From an uncultured Candidatus Rokubacteria bacterium (GTDB lineage Bacteria > Methylomirabilota > Methylomirabilia > Rokubacteriales > DASRDR01), in assembly GCA_963805625.1 (NCBI GenBank), contig CAWDVE010000012.1, forward strand, positions 96,001-160,000: a DNA stretch of 64,000 nucleotides, given 5' to 3'. This document shows positions 49,320 through 58,575 of this stretch, in pieces (the stretch's first letter is position 1; the number at the start of each line of letters is the position of its first letter). The position numbers and the translations under genes are program-made. Below the pieces are notes generated by a model, which did not search any database, was not told where the DNA came from, and worked only from the letters and a program-made list of their open reading frames with translations.

Positions 49320-49635
49320 TGGCACCTCCCTTAGCGCCGTCGGTATACGCTTGGGTGCCCAGTCGGGAGCCACGGCCTTGTACGCGGCGATAGCACCGCG
49401 CATCATGTAGGTACACGCTCCAGGTCCCGTACTGAAGGCGCGGGCGTGATCGGATTCTTATGATAGCGCGTGGCACACCGGGCGAGAAGGACGAAGCCCG
49501 CCCCTCCGGTAGCCGCTGCGCTGTCGCTCGCCTCGGACTGCCAAATCGTAGCGGCGCTTCGACACACGCGGGCTATACTCCGTCCGCCCTGGGCCTCATG
49601 GGCCACGTTCTCGCGGCCGAAACCCGGGAACCGAC

Positions 49636-49842
49636 GCCCTCGACGTAGCCGAGTCGCCGCAGCTCCCCGAAGAACGCGCGGAGGCTCGGGTTTGCCGACT
49701 CCGTCATTTCGCCGCTCGGCGCCGCGGAGTTCACGATGGCGATCCGGTACACCTTCGACGCCGGCTGCGCGGCGGCGGCAAGCGGCGCGGCGAGGAGGCC
49801 CATGGTGAGGATGGCCGGAAGCGTCAGCCGGGCGAGCCTCAT
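49636..49842 (-). pseudogene. Truncated ABC_sub_bind substrate-binding protein (5' end)
   Basis: MRLARL...LLAAPLAAAAQPASKVYRIA...[26 protein letters not shown]. Confidence 0.8.
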
Positions 49843-50104
49843 GGGGTCCTCCCTCGTCTCGGAGTCCCCAGAGCAGTCTGGCCCCGCCGTCGGGGTGCCA
49901 GGGACCGGCGGCACACCTCGCAGCGCATCCTAGCGCATCTTCCGACACCCGCCTGAGCATCTCCGCCGGTGAAGTGACGGCCCTGGGGAATCACCGCCCC
50001 GGAGTCGGGACACGGTGGCCCCAGGCCGAGGCATGGGCGCCCCAGCCCCCGCGCCGGTAGGCCGACGGAAGGACTCTGCGATCTTCCGCCCACTGCGGCA
50101 CTTA

Positions 50105-51410
50105 GGGATTGTCACGAAATAAATGTACCAGATAATGGGATCGTGGCTGCTAGGGTATCCCATGGATGGTGGCCGAGCAGGCCATTCGACGACGGTTCCG
50201 GCTGATCGAGCCGCACCTGGACGAGCGGCTGCGCCGGCTGGTGGCCGCGGCGGAAGTCGCGGCCGCGGACAGCGTGTCGGCGGTGGCCCGGGCCACCGGA
50301 GTGTCCCGGCGCGCCATTCGCGCTGGGGTCACGGAGCTGAAGGCCCGTGGCGCAGCGGCCCTGGCCCCGGGGCGGATCCGGCGTCCCGGAGGCGGGCGCA
50401 AGCGCACGGTCGACCAGGATCCGACGTTGGTGACGGACTTGGAAACGCTGATCGAACCCACGACGCGCGGGGATCCGCAGTCCCCGCTGCGGTGGACCTG
50501 CAAGAGCGTCCGGCGCCTGGCCGCCGAGCTGACCCGCCAAGGGCCTCGCACGAGCCATCGGATGGTCGCCGCGTTGCTCCAGCAGTTGGGGTACAGCCTG
50601 CAGGCCAATCGGAAGACGATCGAGGGCACCCGGCACCCCGATCGCAATGCCCAGTTCGAGCACATCGCCGCCCGCGTCCAGGCCACGCTGCGCCAGGGCC
50701 AGCCGGCGATCTCTGTCGATACCAAGAAGAAGGAGCTCGTGGGGCCGTTCAAGAATGCCGGTCGCGAATGGCGGGCCCACGGGCAGCCTCGGCCGGTGCG
50801 GGTCCACGACTTCGTGCAGCCGGAGCTGGGGCGCGCCATTCCCTACGGGGTCTACGATCTGGGCGCCAACACCGGCTGGGTCAGTGTCGGCATCGACCAC
50901 GACACGGCGGCGTTTGCCGTCGCGAGCATTCGCCACTGGTGGCAGGCCATGGGGCGCCGGGCCTATCCTCACGCCCGGCGGCTGCTGATCACGGCCGACG
51001 CCGGCGGGAGCAACGGCGCCCGCCGGCGGTTGTGGAAGGTCGAGCTGCAGAAACTGGCGGACCGCCTCCACCTGCCCATCACGGTGTGTCATTTCCCGCC
51101 CGGCACGAGCAAGTGGAACAAGATCGAACACCGCCTGTTCTCCTTCATCACTCAGAACTGGCGCGGCCAGCCCCTGCTCAGTCACGCGGTCATTGTGAAT
51201 CTGATCGCGGCCACCACGACCACCACGGGCCTCCGCGTGCGGGCGCGGCTGGACACGACCCGGTATCCCTCGGGCCTCAAGGTCAGTCGCGCCACCCTGG
51301 AGGCCGTCCGCCTGCGGCCCGATCCGTTTCACGGGGACTGGAACTACACGATCCTTCCCACCCAGTCGGCAAAGCGATAGCATCTGGTCCATTTATTTCG
51401 CACCGGGTCC
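50105..51410 (+). mobile_element. ISAzo13 family element
   Basis: IR core CGAAATAAATG(T/G)ACCAGAT at both ends; flanked by TTA(G). Confidence 0.85.
50166..51380 (+). CDS. ISAzo13 family transposase
   Basis: RGDPQSPLRWTCKS, ISVDTKKKE, TADAGGSNG, PPGTSKWNKIEHRLFS. Confidence 0.92.
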   Translation: MVAEQAIRRRFRLIEPHLDERLRRLVAAAEVAAADSVSAVARATGVSRRAIRAGVTELKARGAAALAPGRIRRPGGGRKRTVDQDPTLVTDLETLIEPTTRGDPQSPLRWTCKSVRRLAAELTRQGPRTSHRMVAALLQQLGYSLQANRKTIEGTRHPDRNAQFEHIAARVQATLRQGQPAISVDTKKKELVGPFKNAGREWRAHGQPRPVRVHDFVQPELGRAIPYGVYDLGANTGWVSVGIDHDTAAFAVASIRHWWQAMGRRAYPHARRLLITADAGGSNGARRRLWKVELQKLADRLHLPITVCHFPPGTSKWNKIEHRLFSFITQNWRGQPLLSHAVIVNLIAATTTTTGLRVRARLDTTRYPSGLKVSRATLEAVRLRPDPFHGDWNYTILPTQSAKR

Positions 51411-51562
51411 TTAGCGGATGGGCCCCGTGGACGAAACCATGGGGCTCGGTCCTTGCATAGTCTCGCTCTTCGTGGATAGCGCGCGTTCCTCATAGCCTGC
51501 TGCGGCCATAGTGCATTCACATCAACGGGATGATGTGCCCGCACCGGCCGCTTGGGGGGAGC

Positions 51563-52114
51563 ATGAAACTGATAGCGACAATCGGACTCCTAGTCGTGAT
51601 CCTCGTCCCCGGCGTAGCGCACGCGACTCCGCTCGTCGCCACGTGGGGATGGATCGGACTCTATGGGGTCGACACATGGGCCGACTTCGGCGGAGAAGAA
51701 TTCTCCGTGTTCGTCTCCCAACCAAGTTCGTTTATAAGCAACCCTTTCACGATCGCGATAGGCATGAACGGGATGGATGGAGATGGCGGACTCATTCATT
51801 TGTATTTCGGGTGGGGTGAGGTATACGGGGCGATCTGCTCCTCGTACGCGTTGGGGATCGGCGAGACATGCGGTTCGATGACGCTCGCGTATGATCCTCT
51901 CGCGACCCTGCCGGCGCCGTTCACCCTGACGGGGCATTTGAACGTCGGCGATGGGTTTGACTTTGTGGGACAGGGCACGGTCCGTGCCGGAACGCCAAAC
52001 CCATACCCATGGTTGCGGTACACAGTACCCGAGCCCTCGACGCTGCTCTTGGTCATCGCGTCGCTCGGCGCGCTCGGCGCGCTTCACGGCACTCGACGAG
52101 GTGCATCGCGGTGA
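51563..52114 (+). CDS. PEP-CTERM surface protein 1
   Basis: Signal peptide, then C-terminal VPEPSTLLL + TM + basic tail. Confidence 0.85.
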   Translation: MKLIATIGLLVVILVPGVAHATPLVATWGWIGLYGVDTWADFGGEEFSVFVSQPSSFISNPFTIAIGMNGMDGDGGLIHLYFGWGEVYGAICSSYALGIGETCGSMTLAYDPLATLPAPFTLTGHLNVGDGFDFVGQGTVRAGTPNPYPWLRYTVPEPSTLLLVIASLGALGALHGTRRGASR

Positions 52115-52145
52115 CGGCAGCAGCCCACTGTGGGAGGTGTGTCCG

Positions 52146-52763
52146 ATGAAGCTCATAGCCACGATCGGGCTCCTGATTGTGATCCTCGTCCCCGGCGTAA
52201 CCCACGCGACGCTCGTTGTCACGGAAGGAAAGGTAAGCCTGGAAGTGACAGACAGCCTTGCCATCTTTGGCGACAACCTTTCGGGAGATTGGGAGGATGG
52301 GTGGTGGGGCGTGGAGCTGTCCTGGCCCTATCAGCAACCAGCGGACGACGGGACGCTGACGATGCAGATCCAGGGCAACGCCAGCGCCTGGGTCGATGGG
52401 ACCGGGTGCTCCGCCGTACGGTTCCCGGGAGGCCCCCTCCCCGAGCCCGCCCCCTCCTGCGGCGTGTTCACGCTGACGCCGGCGCCGCCACCTGTCGAGA
52501 GCTTGCCCGTGCCATTCACCGCTACTGGGCATCTGAACGTCGGCGACGGCTTCGACTTTGTCGGCCAGGGCGTGATCGAGCGTGGTTGCCTGCTACCCCT
52601 GGGATGCACCCCCGGACCAGGACGTCCACTCTGGGTATATAGGTTCACCGTGCCCGAGCCCTCGACCCTCCTGTTGCTCGGAACGTCGCTCGGAGCACTC
52701 GCGATTCTTCAGCGACGAAAGAGAGCAGCACGGTCTCATTCATCGCCTCAACCTGATCGCTGA
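52146..52763 (+). CDS. PEP-CTERM surface protein 2 (paralog)
   Basis: Same signal peptide type, TGHLNVGDGFDFVGQG, VPEPSTLLL...RRKR. Confidence 0.85.
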   Translation: MKLIATIGLLIVILVPGVTHATLVVTEGKVSLEVTDSLAIFGDNLSGDWEDGWWGVELSWPYQQPADDGTLTMQIQGNASAWVDGTGCSAVRFPGGPLPEPAPSCGVFTLTPAPPPVESLPVPFTATGHLNVGDGFDFVGQGVIERGCLLPLGCTPGPGRPLWVYRFTVPEPSTLLLLGTSLGALAILQRRKRAARSHSSPQPDR

Positions 52764-52832
52764 GCCTCTCGAAAGAGCAGGTTACCGCCGCGGCCGGGGG
52801 TGCTCCGCTGAGTCCATAGCGGCGTCGCGGTC

Positions 52833-53462
52833 GTGGACCGGCGCCGCGTGGAGGGTTGGAGACCCGGTGCCGAACCGGTGCGGACCCCTCCACGCAGCTC
52901 AAGACGCGGTGGTGAACAGGCCGCGCAGGAACCGGCCCGCCAAGGTCAGGGCCTGGTCGCCACTGGCGACGAGGGACCCATCCCCAGCGCGACCCCGCCC
53001 CGCACCGGCACCACCCACCCCCGCATAGTGCGCCTCCCGTTCCACGAGTTTGTCCGGTTGCCGAGAGCGTCGCGGACTCACTGGGGGCCCTGGGAGTTTC
53101 GTGCCGATACCAACGTGCTCATGCTGCTTAGCAACCGGGGGGGCAACGGGCGCACCCGGGACGAGTTCGAGGTCGACCTGGACGAATGCACGACACCGGA
53201 GCAAACGCTGTGGTGGATTTTCACGGTGTGCGATTCGGAGCCACACGCCGTGGGCGACCTGGTCGAGGCGTTGCGAGACCGCAGCGAGTGGTGGAAACGA
53301 GCGTGGGCACAATTCCCTCATGCGGCACCGCCGGTCCCTGGGCCCAGTGCCAGCCCCGGCACCATACGAGGCCGGGGCGCCACCAAGACCAAGGTCTCAG
53401 CGGCTGGCCCCAACCGGCGCGCCCCGTCGCGGCGGGCTCCCTCAGCGCGGAGGCCGGGATGA
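52833..53462 (+). CDS. Hypothetical protein (phage-like)
   Basis: 209-aa ORF with a plausible globular core (WGPWEF...EVDLDEC...VGDLVEAL). Start uncertain. Confidence 0.45.
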   Translation: MDRRRVEGWRPGAEPVRTPPRSSRRGGEQAAQEPARQGQGLVATGDEGPIPSATPPRTGTTHPRIVRLPFHEFVRLPRASRTHWGPWEFRADTNVLMLLSNRGGNGRTRDEFEVDLDECTTPEQTLWWIFTVCDSEPHAVGDLVEALRDRSEWWKRAWAQFPHAAPPVPGPSASPGTIRGRGATKTKVSAAGPNRRAPSRRAPSARRPG

Positions 53463-53773
53463 GCCTTAGCTTCGACGGCGTCAACGACGTCGTCACCCTG
53501 GCCAGCCAGACGCTCGGCAACGACCTCACCATGGCCATCCCGGGCATGCGCCTGTACTGGCCCATGGACCGCATCGGCGCCGCCCACGCTACCGACTACA
53601 GAGGCAACGGACGCTCGGGCCCCATTAGCGGGGCGATAGAGGGCGAGAACCCCCCGGTGCGCCCTGCGGGCGACGGGGCTAGCGATGCATTACCAAGCTG
53701 CCCGGACGTTGCGGGGGCGGCGTCACAGCGCCTTCGGCTCGGTCCGCGAGCTGCGCTCGCGACCTCGCCTTGA
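53459..53773 (+). pseudogene. Internally deleted LamG/concanavalin-like protein
   Basis: MSLSFDGVNDVV is joined almost directly to LYWPMD...ATDYRGNGRSG. Confidence 0.5.
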
Positions 53774-54140
53774 CGTATTCCCAGCGTCACGTTCAATGCC
53801 GGCTCCCATTTGACACTCGTTCCTCACTCGCCCTACCATCGCGCCACGCCCGCGACTAGTCCTTCAAGGAGGGAGAGCCCCCATGCGACCGCCGTACCTT
53901 GGACTAATCGTTCTTGGGCTGGTGGGCGCCAGCGCTGCGTCTGCCCAGAACGTCAGTTATCCCCCCTACTCGGTCACGGTCAGTGTGCAAATTGAAGCGA
54001 GCGGAGGACTCAGGGAAAGAGTCGCTAGCTATCTGACTCGGGAGTTGCGGACCCTGCCTGGCGTGAGAGTAGGTGATCAGAGCCCAACCTTCACAATTTA
54101 CGTTGTGGCGGTCGAGTCCCACAATCGGGGCGGGACACCA

Positions 54141-55637
54141 TGCTGTTGGTCCATAAGAATGTCATGGGCTAACTGTTCAGTGAGAGTGTCACCCCATGCC
54201 GACATGGGAGCCTCTCACGATGAGTCGCAAGGAAGTCCCGCGGCCCGGCCTGCTCAAGGCGGCCCTGGCCGGGAAGTTCACCAATGCCGAGGGAGCCGGG
54301 GCCTTGCACCTGAGCGTCCGGCAGTTCATCCGGGTCAAGCATCGCTTCCAGGCCGCCGGGGCGTCGGGCCTGTGCCACCGCCTGCGGGGGCGACCCTCCC
54401 CCCGCCGGCTGCCGGCCGACGTCCGGGCGCGGGTGGCGGCGCTCCTGCAGACCACCTACCTCGATGTCAATGACTGCCACGCCACGGAGAAGCTGCGCGA
54501 GGTCGAGGGCCTCCGCGTCAGCCGGGCCTCCGTGCGGCGGATCCGCCGCGCCCTGGACCTGCCGGCCAAGCATCGCCGCCGGCCCCGCCAGCACCGGGCT
54601 CGCCGGACCCCGGAAGCCCGCAGGGGCGTCCTCGTCCAGCTCGACGGCAGCCCCCACGCGTGGCTCGAAGACCGGGGCCCCGCCCTGACCCTCCACGGCG
54701 CGATCGACGACGCCACCGGCACGGTCCTGGCCCTGCACTTTCGGCCGACCGAGGACCTGCACGGCTACGCCACCGTGCTCCAGCAAATCGGTCTGGCCTA
54801 CGGCCTCCCGCTGACCCTGTACGGCGATCGTTTCGGCGTTTTCGTCCGCAACGACCCGCACTGGACGCTCGCGGAAGAACTCCAAGGCCACCAGCACCCC
54901 ACCCATTTCGGCCAGATCCTCCGAGACCTCGCCATCGGCTTCCTGGCGGCGGGCTCCCCCCAGGCCAAGGGGCGCATCGAACGGCTCTGGCGCACCCTGC
55001 AAGATCGCCTCGTCGTCGAGCTCCGCCTGCGCGGGATCGCGACCCGCGCGGCGGCCAACGCCTTCCTCCCTGAGTTCCTCGCCGATTACAATGGCCGCTT
55101 CGCTCATCCCCCCACCGACGCCCACGCCGCCTGGCGGCCGCGGCCGCGGGACTTCGCCGACCAACTCAGCTGCCGCTACACCCGCGTCGTCGCCCCCGAC
55201 AACACCGTCCGCCTGGGGACCCGCTGGGCCCAGATCCCCCCCGGTCCTTACGGCCGCTCCTCCGCGGGCCGCCGTGTCGACCTCCGCGAGTGTGTCGACG
55301 GCCGGCTCCTTGTCGTCCGCGCCGGCGGGCGACTCGTCAGTCAGCCCTCGCCGGGGCCTGATTTCGTCCTCACGCCCCGCAGCAAGCCCCACGCGGAGCG
55401 CACGCGTCGCCTACGCGCCTCCAGGACTGCGTCGGAGGAGGGGGGCCGCCATCAGAGTATTCCCCAGAAACCGCCTGCGCGCCCCTCGGCGCGCCGCCTC
55501 ACCCCGACCACCCAGACGGCTCGCCCCGCCGCCACGCATCCCTGGCGCCGCTCACTCAACCTCCGTCGCCACACCCCTCACACAGGGGTGACATTCTCAC
55601 GGAACAGTTAGGGTGACATTTTCACTGGACAGCTACA
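54141..55637 (+). mobile_element. IS1202-like (ISNCY/IS481-related) element
   Basis: TG...CA ends, ~54-bp IRs with two internal (A/G)TGTCA repeats, 16-bp TSD TCGGGGCGGGACACCA (54125-54140 and 55638-55653). Confidence 0.88.
54196..55611 (+). CDS. ISNCY/IS1202-type DDE transposase
   Basis: QLDGSPHAW, AIDDATG, LYGDR, SPQAKGRIERLWRTLQDRL, HPWR C-terminus. Confidence 0.9.
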   Translation: MPTWEPLTMSRKEVPRPGLLKAALAGKFTNAEGAGALHLSVRQFIRVKHRFQAAGASGLCHRLRGRPSPRRLPADVRARVAALLQTTYLDVNDCHATEKLREVEGLRVSRASVRRIRRALDLPAKHRRRPRQHRARRTPEARRGVLVQLDGSPHAWLEDRGPALTLHGAIDDATGTVLALHFRPTEDLHGYATVLQQIGLAYGLPLTLYGDRFGVFVRNDPHWTLAEELQGHQHPTHFGQILRDLAIGFLAAGSPQAKGRIERLWRTLQDRLVVELRLRGIATRAAANAFLPEFLADYNGRFAHPPTDAHAAWRPRPRDFADQLSCRYTRVVAPDNTVRLGTRWAQIPPGPYGRSSAGRRVDLRECVDGRLLVVRAGGRLVSQPSPGPDFVLTPRSKPHAERTRRLRASRTASEEGGRHQSIPQKPPARPSARRLTPTTQTARPAATHPWRRSLNLRRHTPHTGVTFSRNS

Positions 55638-55971
55638 TCGGGGCGGGACACCAACGGGGTTCGCCTTAAGCGTTCTCGTCAACAATGCCCGGAATTGCCA
55701 ACTGCTTGAGCAGTTGAACAGCGGGAAGAGCCCTGATCGAAAGATCACCCAGCAGTGGGTGTTTGACCTCTATAGCTCTATGTGCTCCGGTTCTTCGCGG
55801 ACGACACAGCACGCTTTGTATGTGGTTGGGGACGAGCAAGAGCTTCGAGAGACGTGCGTTCGGGTTATTGCGGAGTTTGATACCAGAGATTTGGAGCCCC
55901 AGCGAAAGGTCTGGGAGATGCTCACTAAGTAACCATGAGCACGTAGGCTACTCCGGGAAGAGAACGTCAGA

Positions 55972-56244
55972 ATGAAGCGGCCCCGAAAGGTAAAGCGCTC
56001 TCAGGCACGAAAACAGAGCGCGGCCGACCCACCACAGATTGATGGCATTCGAGCCAAAACATCTACTGAACCCGAGCGCTGGCCGGGCTGGCTACAACAC
56101 ATCGAACGCCGCCTGCAGGCACTCTCTGCGAGTGGCGAGCCGCCAACTGTAGCGCGAGTGGAGTACATGTTGAAGCACTCCGCGTGGGTGCTCGGCCATC
56201 CGCTTGTCTGGAGCGTGGTCCGGCGAGTATTGGTCGCCCTATGA
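55972..56244 (+). CDS. Hypothetical protein
   Basis: 90-aa ORF co-oriented with the element genes; no recognisable motif. Confidence 0.35.
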   Translation: MKRPRKVKRSQARKQSAADPPQIDGIRAKTSTEPERWPGWLQHIERRLQALSASGEPPTVARVEYMLKHSAWVLGHPLVWSVVRRVLVAL

Positions 56245-56908
56245 CCGTGGCGAAGAGGTGCAGGAGTTGCGCGTTCGTCTCGCCGCCGCATTAGTCGAAG
56301 GCTTGACGGAGGGTGGGTACGCAATCACACGCGCCAAGGTTCGCCGGGGTGGTGTGGGAGTCGCCCCCGCTCTATTTCCGAATCTCGGCGACACGCTCGG
56401 CTGGTGGGACACGGAGGCTGGGGAAGCGGACAGGCGGGACGCACACCAGTTCTATCGCTTGTACGAGGAGTTGATGGAACGCTTGAAAGCTGTCCCTTGG
56501 CGAACGCTTGCGCGGCGATACCGAACGCTCGTCGATCGTCGTGAGCATGGGCAGGCGACACGGATGCTGGCCCAGGAGGGTGCGCCAGTCCTGGCAAGAG
56601 TGTTCGAGGACTTCAGGGGGGATAGGCTGGTGGGTGCATCCCTCAACGCCGACGAGTTGACAGAGATCCTGCGTGGAGTGCTCGACCAGCGCAAGGGCGG
56701 CACCCCGCGTCATGCCACCGCGTGCGAGTTGATGGCTCGCTTCCGTTTTGAGACTAGAGATGGCAGGGAACAGAAACTGACCGGCTCGCTGGTCGCGAGC
56801 ACGCTGCGAACCATCCGTAAGCGCCTACCAGAGCTTGAGTTCATGCGCCAGCCAACTCGGCGACGCTCGTCCCAAAAGAGGGGCGGAGGCCGGCGCGTAG
56901 TCCCCTGA
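56204..56908 (+). CDS. Hypothetical protein
   Basis: 234-aa ORF with helical composition and a basic tail; start uncertain. Confidence 0.5.
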   Translation: MSGAWSGEYWSPYDRGEEVQELRVRLAAALVEGLTEGGYAITRAKVRRGGVGVAPALFPNLGDTLGWWDTEAGEADRRDAHQFYRLYEELMERLKAVPWRTLARRYRTLVDRREHGQATRMLAQEGAPVLARVFEDFRGDRLVGASLNADELTEILRGVLDQRKGGTPRHATACELMARFRFETRDGREQKLTGSLVASTLRTIRKRLPELEFMRQPTRRRSSQKRGGGRRVVP

Positions 56909-56985
56909 ACCCCTCGTTGCAGGCCGGCGGTCCGGCTCCCTCTCCCGTTCTTACCTCTCTCCGTTCGTACACTGAGGCGAATTAG

Positions 56986-58493
56986 CCCCAATCGGCGAAT
57001 AAATCAGGCCACCAGACGGTGAGCGATCTGCCCATACAGTGTCTCGGTCGCGGGGTTCTGGGTCAGACGGAGCACGTTCCGCCCACCGAGTCGGCTCAGA
57101 CGCCCGGCCCGGGCGATGAGCAGGAACCGAAGCGTGCGCATGCTGCGGAAGAGGTAGGCGTAGGTGCGCTTCCGGGACCGGGGCTTCGGTTCGGCGAGGG
57201 TTTCGAGTTGGAAGCTGCGGATCAGATTGTGGGCCAGGATGCTGAGTTGCTGCCAGGCGCTGTTGGCCGCGTAGTGCTTGGTCGGGACCACGTCGAGCGC
57301 GAACTCGCCTTTGAGTTCGGCGAAGGTCTTCTCCTGCGCCCCACGCCCGCAGGCAAAGGCCCACAGCGCCGAGAGTCCCAGCGGCAGGTTCGTGGCCACG
57401 GCCGAGTACTCGTAGTGCCCGTCATCGGGAGTGAACAGATCGAGTTGGAAGTTCCGGCGCGTTTCGTGGTGGACGTGCTTCCGGTACAGGACCACGCGCA
57501 GGCGGAGATTGTTCCACTGTGGGATGACCAGTTCGGTCTCGTGGCCGGTCACGCCCGGCGCCACCGGGTGCCAGCGTCGGCACGCGGCGGCGATCGCCTT
57601 GAGCGGAAGCCAGCTCCAGTACCCCACCTTGATCGCGTAGCCACAGTCCCGGGCGGCGAGCAGGTGCAGAATCCCGCGCTGGAAGAAGGCGGCGTCCATG
57701 CGGAACTCCAGGGCCACGCGCCGGCCGAAGCGGCCGCGGAGGTCGTCGATGAGGTCCCGCAGGAACGGGATCGCCTGCTTGGAGTCGTGGACGTTCCCGG
57801 GCCGGTTCTTCAGGCGAAGGATGTGGCCCGTCTGGGCCACGTGCGCGACCAGCGGGTAGTAGCTCGGGTCCTTCCGATGATGGGGGTTGAAGCCGCGGAA
57901 GGCCCAGCCGACGGTGGCCCCCGTGCGGATGACCGACCCATCCACGTCGATCGTCAGGCGCGGCAGCTCGAGCCGGGCCAGCGCCTCGGTCACGAGATCC
58001 CGATTCAAGGCGACGAGCGGCGCCAGCGTCTCCTGCGTGAACTGCCGCAACCAGTCGGCGACCGTCCGGCGGGTGGGCAACCGGGCCAAGCCACAGAAGC
58101 GCGTCACCAGCGGATCGCCGCCGAGGTGGCGCAGGTGCTCGAGGCGCCGGGCCCCGACGTAGAACAGCGCCAGCAGCACCATCGCGATCCGCGCACTGCC
58201 GTAGTCGCTGCGCAGTCCTCCGAAGGCCTGACGCAACCGCGCCCCCAGATGGATCTGGCGCAGATAGCGCCCGAGCAGCTCCAGGCCGCCGTACGAGGTG
58301 AGCGCCTGGGGGACGAACTGGATCGTGAGATCACCCTTGACCACCCGCCGCAGGGTCGCTATCGTCAAACGCATCAGAGGGGCCTCCAGTGTGCGAGGGA
58401 GCGCATTGGCGTGTTCTCCCTTGAGACCGCATTGGAAGCCTCTCTGATTCATGTTTCCCGCTGTTTCCCGTCCCGCTTATTCGCCGATTGGGG
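56986..58493 (-). mobile_element. IS1380 family element
   Basis: Perfect 17-bp IR CCCCAATCGGCGAATAA; 4-bp TSD TTAG (56982-85 and 58494-97). Confidence 0.92.
57004..58452 (-). CDS. IS1380 family transposase
   Basis: LTSYGGL, TIDVDGS, SYYPL, RPGNVH, RMDAAF, RGAQEKTFAELK. The real start may be the later MRLTIATL. Confidence 0.9.
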   Translation of the reverse strand: MNQRGFQCGLKGEHANALPRTLEAPLMRLTIATLRRVVKGDLTIQFVPQALTSYGGLELLGRYLRQIHLGARLRQAFGGLRSDYGSARIAMVLLALFYVGARRLEHLRHLGGDPLVTRFCGLARLPTRRTVADWLRQFTQETLAPLVALNRDLVTEALARLELPRLTIDVDGSVIRTGATVGWAFRGFNPHHRKDPSYYPLVAHVAQTGHILRLKNRPGNVHDSKQAIPFLRDLIDDLRGRFGRRVALEFRMDAAFFQRGILHLLAARDCGYAIKVGYWSWLPLKAIAAACRRWHPVAPGVTGHETELVIPQWNNLRLRVVLYRKHVHHETRRNFQLDLFTPDDGHYEYSAVATNLPLGLSALWAFACGRGAQEKTFAELKGEFALDVVPTKHYAANSAWQQLSILAHNLIRSFQLETLAEPKPRSRKRTYAYLFRSMRTLRFLLIARAGRLSRLGGRNVLRLTQNPATETLYGQIAHRLVA

Positions 58494-58575
58494 TTAGCCC
58501 CACCCGGTATTCGTCGCCGTGAAGAGAGAGATGAGACCGGTACGCTTGGGTACAACTCAAGCACGAGGAGGCGCT

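Larger units (their letters stand above)
53883..55932 (+). pseudogene. Secreted hypothetical protein (178 aa when rejoined) interrupted by an IS
   Basis: 53883-54140 plus 55654-55932 join in frame: ...VESHNRGGTP|TGFALSVLV...WEMLTK*. Confidence 0.75.

Noticed and set aside
51414-51445. Hammerhead-ribozyme-like string CGGATGG...GGACGAAAC
   Set aside because: The core CTGATGA has two mismatches. A simple hairpin GCCCCGTGG-ACGAAA-CCATGGGGC explains it.
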